NCBI GenBank assembly: GCA_943704415.1
Contig: CALSCO010000864.1
Span: 1 to 43,899, forward strand
Direction: 5' to 3'
Length of the DNA stretch: 43,899 nucleotides
DNA from: Parvularia atlantis
Taxonomy: Eukaryota
The notes below the pieces were generated by a model that did no database searches, was not told where the DNA came from, and saw nothing but the letters and a program-made list of their open reading frames with translations. Below are positions 43,667 through 43,899 of the stretch, piece by piece. How positions within the stretch are numbered: the first letter of the stretch is position 1; each line of letters starts with the position of its first letter. Position numbers and translations under genes: made by a program.

Positions 43667-43898
43667 AGCCAGGCCAGTTCCAGTTCAAACCAGACGCGAT
43701 GTCCTTGATGGCGACGCTGCCGACTCTGCTTGCTTGTTGCAGGTCGGCCACCTGACGGTCGAGGTCACCGCGTTGGTGGTCGGACGAGAGGCGAGCGTAG
43801 CAGATCGTCGTCTTGTTGGCGTTGCTTGCCGTGACGGGCGTCTGGTCTTGGAAGAGAACACGAACGTCGTCGAGGTTGTACCGGCGACATTGCCCGAC
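43665..43898 (-). pseudogene. tnpA: IS607-type serine recombinase/transposase TnpA, truncated
   Basis: Intronless frame VGQCRRYNLDDVR...TICYARLSSDHQRGDLDRQVADLQQA...IKDIASGLNWNWPGL: end of the MerR-like HTH (GxxRRY) plus catalytic YARxSS and DxxSGLN motifs. Homology is lost after GL. Confidence 0.88.
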
Positions 43899-43899
43899 C

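Larger units (their letters stand above)
43518..43899 (-). mobile_element. Internally deleted IS607-family element (continues beyond the window)
   Basis: TnpA remnant followed by a structured, AT-richer end finishing TTTTGTAAGAGG. The right boundary at 43518 is inferred from the IS607 GG crossover dinucleotide. Confidence 0.7.

Overview
Gene-dense, very GC-rich eukaryotic DNA with many short spliceosomal introns (mostly ~50-65 nt; GTGCG donor, CTGAC/CTCAC branch point, CAG acceptor), so most ORF-track entries are exon fragments or antisense shadows. Gene content and calmodulin sequence suggest a unicellular opisthokont, possibly fungus-related (inference). I spliced the genes by eye and all family calls come from motif recognition, not database searches. 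Genes in order: 3' end of an unknown gene, 5' half only of SepSecS, an orphan gene, SurE, a polyQ C2H2 factor, a GT49 glycosyltransferase head-to-head with a GAL3ST sulfotransferase, a USP30-like DUB, C2CD5, calmodulin, a candidate SLX4IP/PWWP3A-C domain fusion, a Plavaka transposase relic, a BOR1/SLC4 transporter, ATP11, GPATCH4-like, Ycf1/ABCC, FBXO3-like, SF3B3, an IFI44-like GTPase and TBC1D14-like. The most striking feature is at the right edge: an IS607-family serine transposase (TnpA) remnant joined to a possible Fanzor2/TnpB C-terminal stub and a ~150-nt structured omegaRNA-like end, i.e. a candidate non-autonomous guide-RNA locus. Also notable are an IFI44-like GTPase with Ig-like and ubiquitin-like domains behind a CRE/TATA promoter, and an excess of GC-AG introns concentrated in SF3B3.
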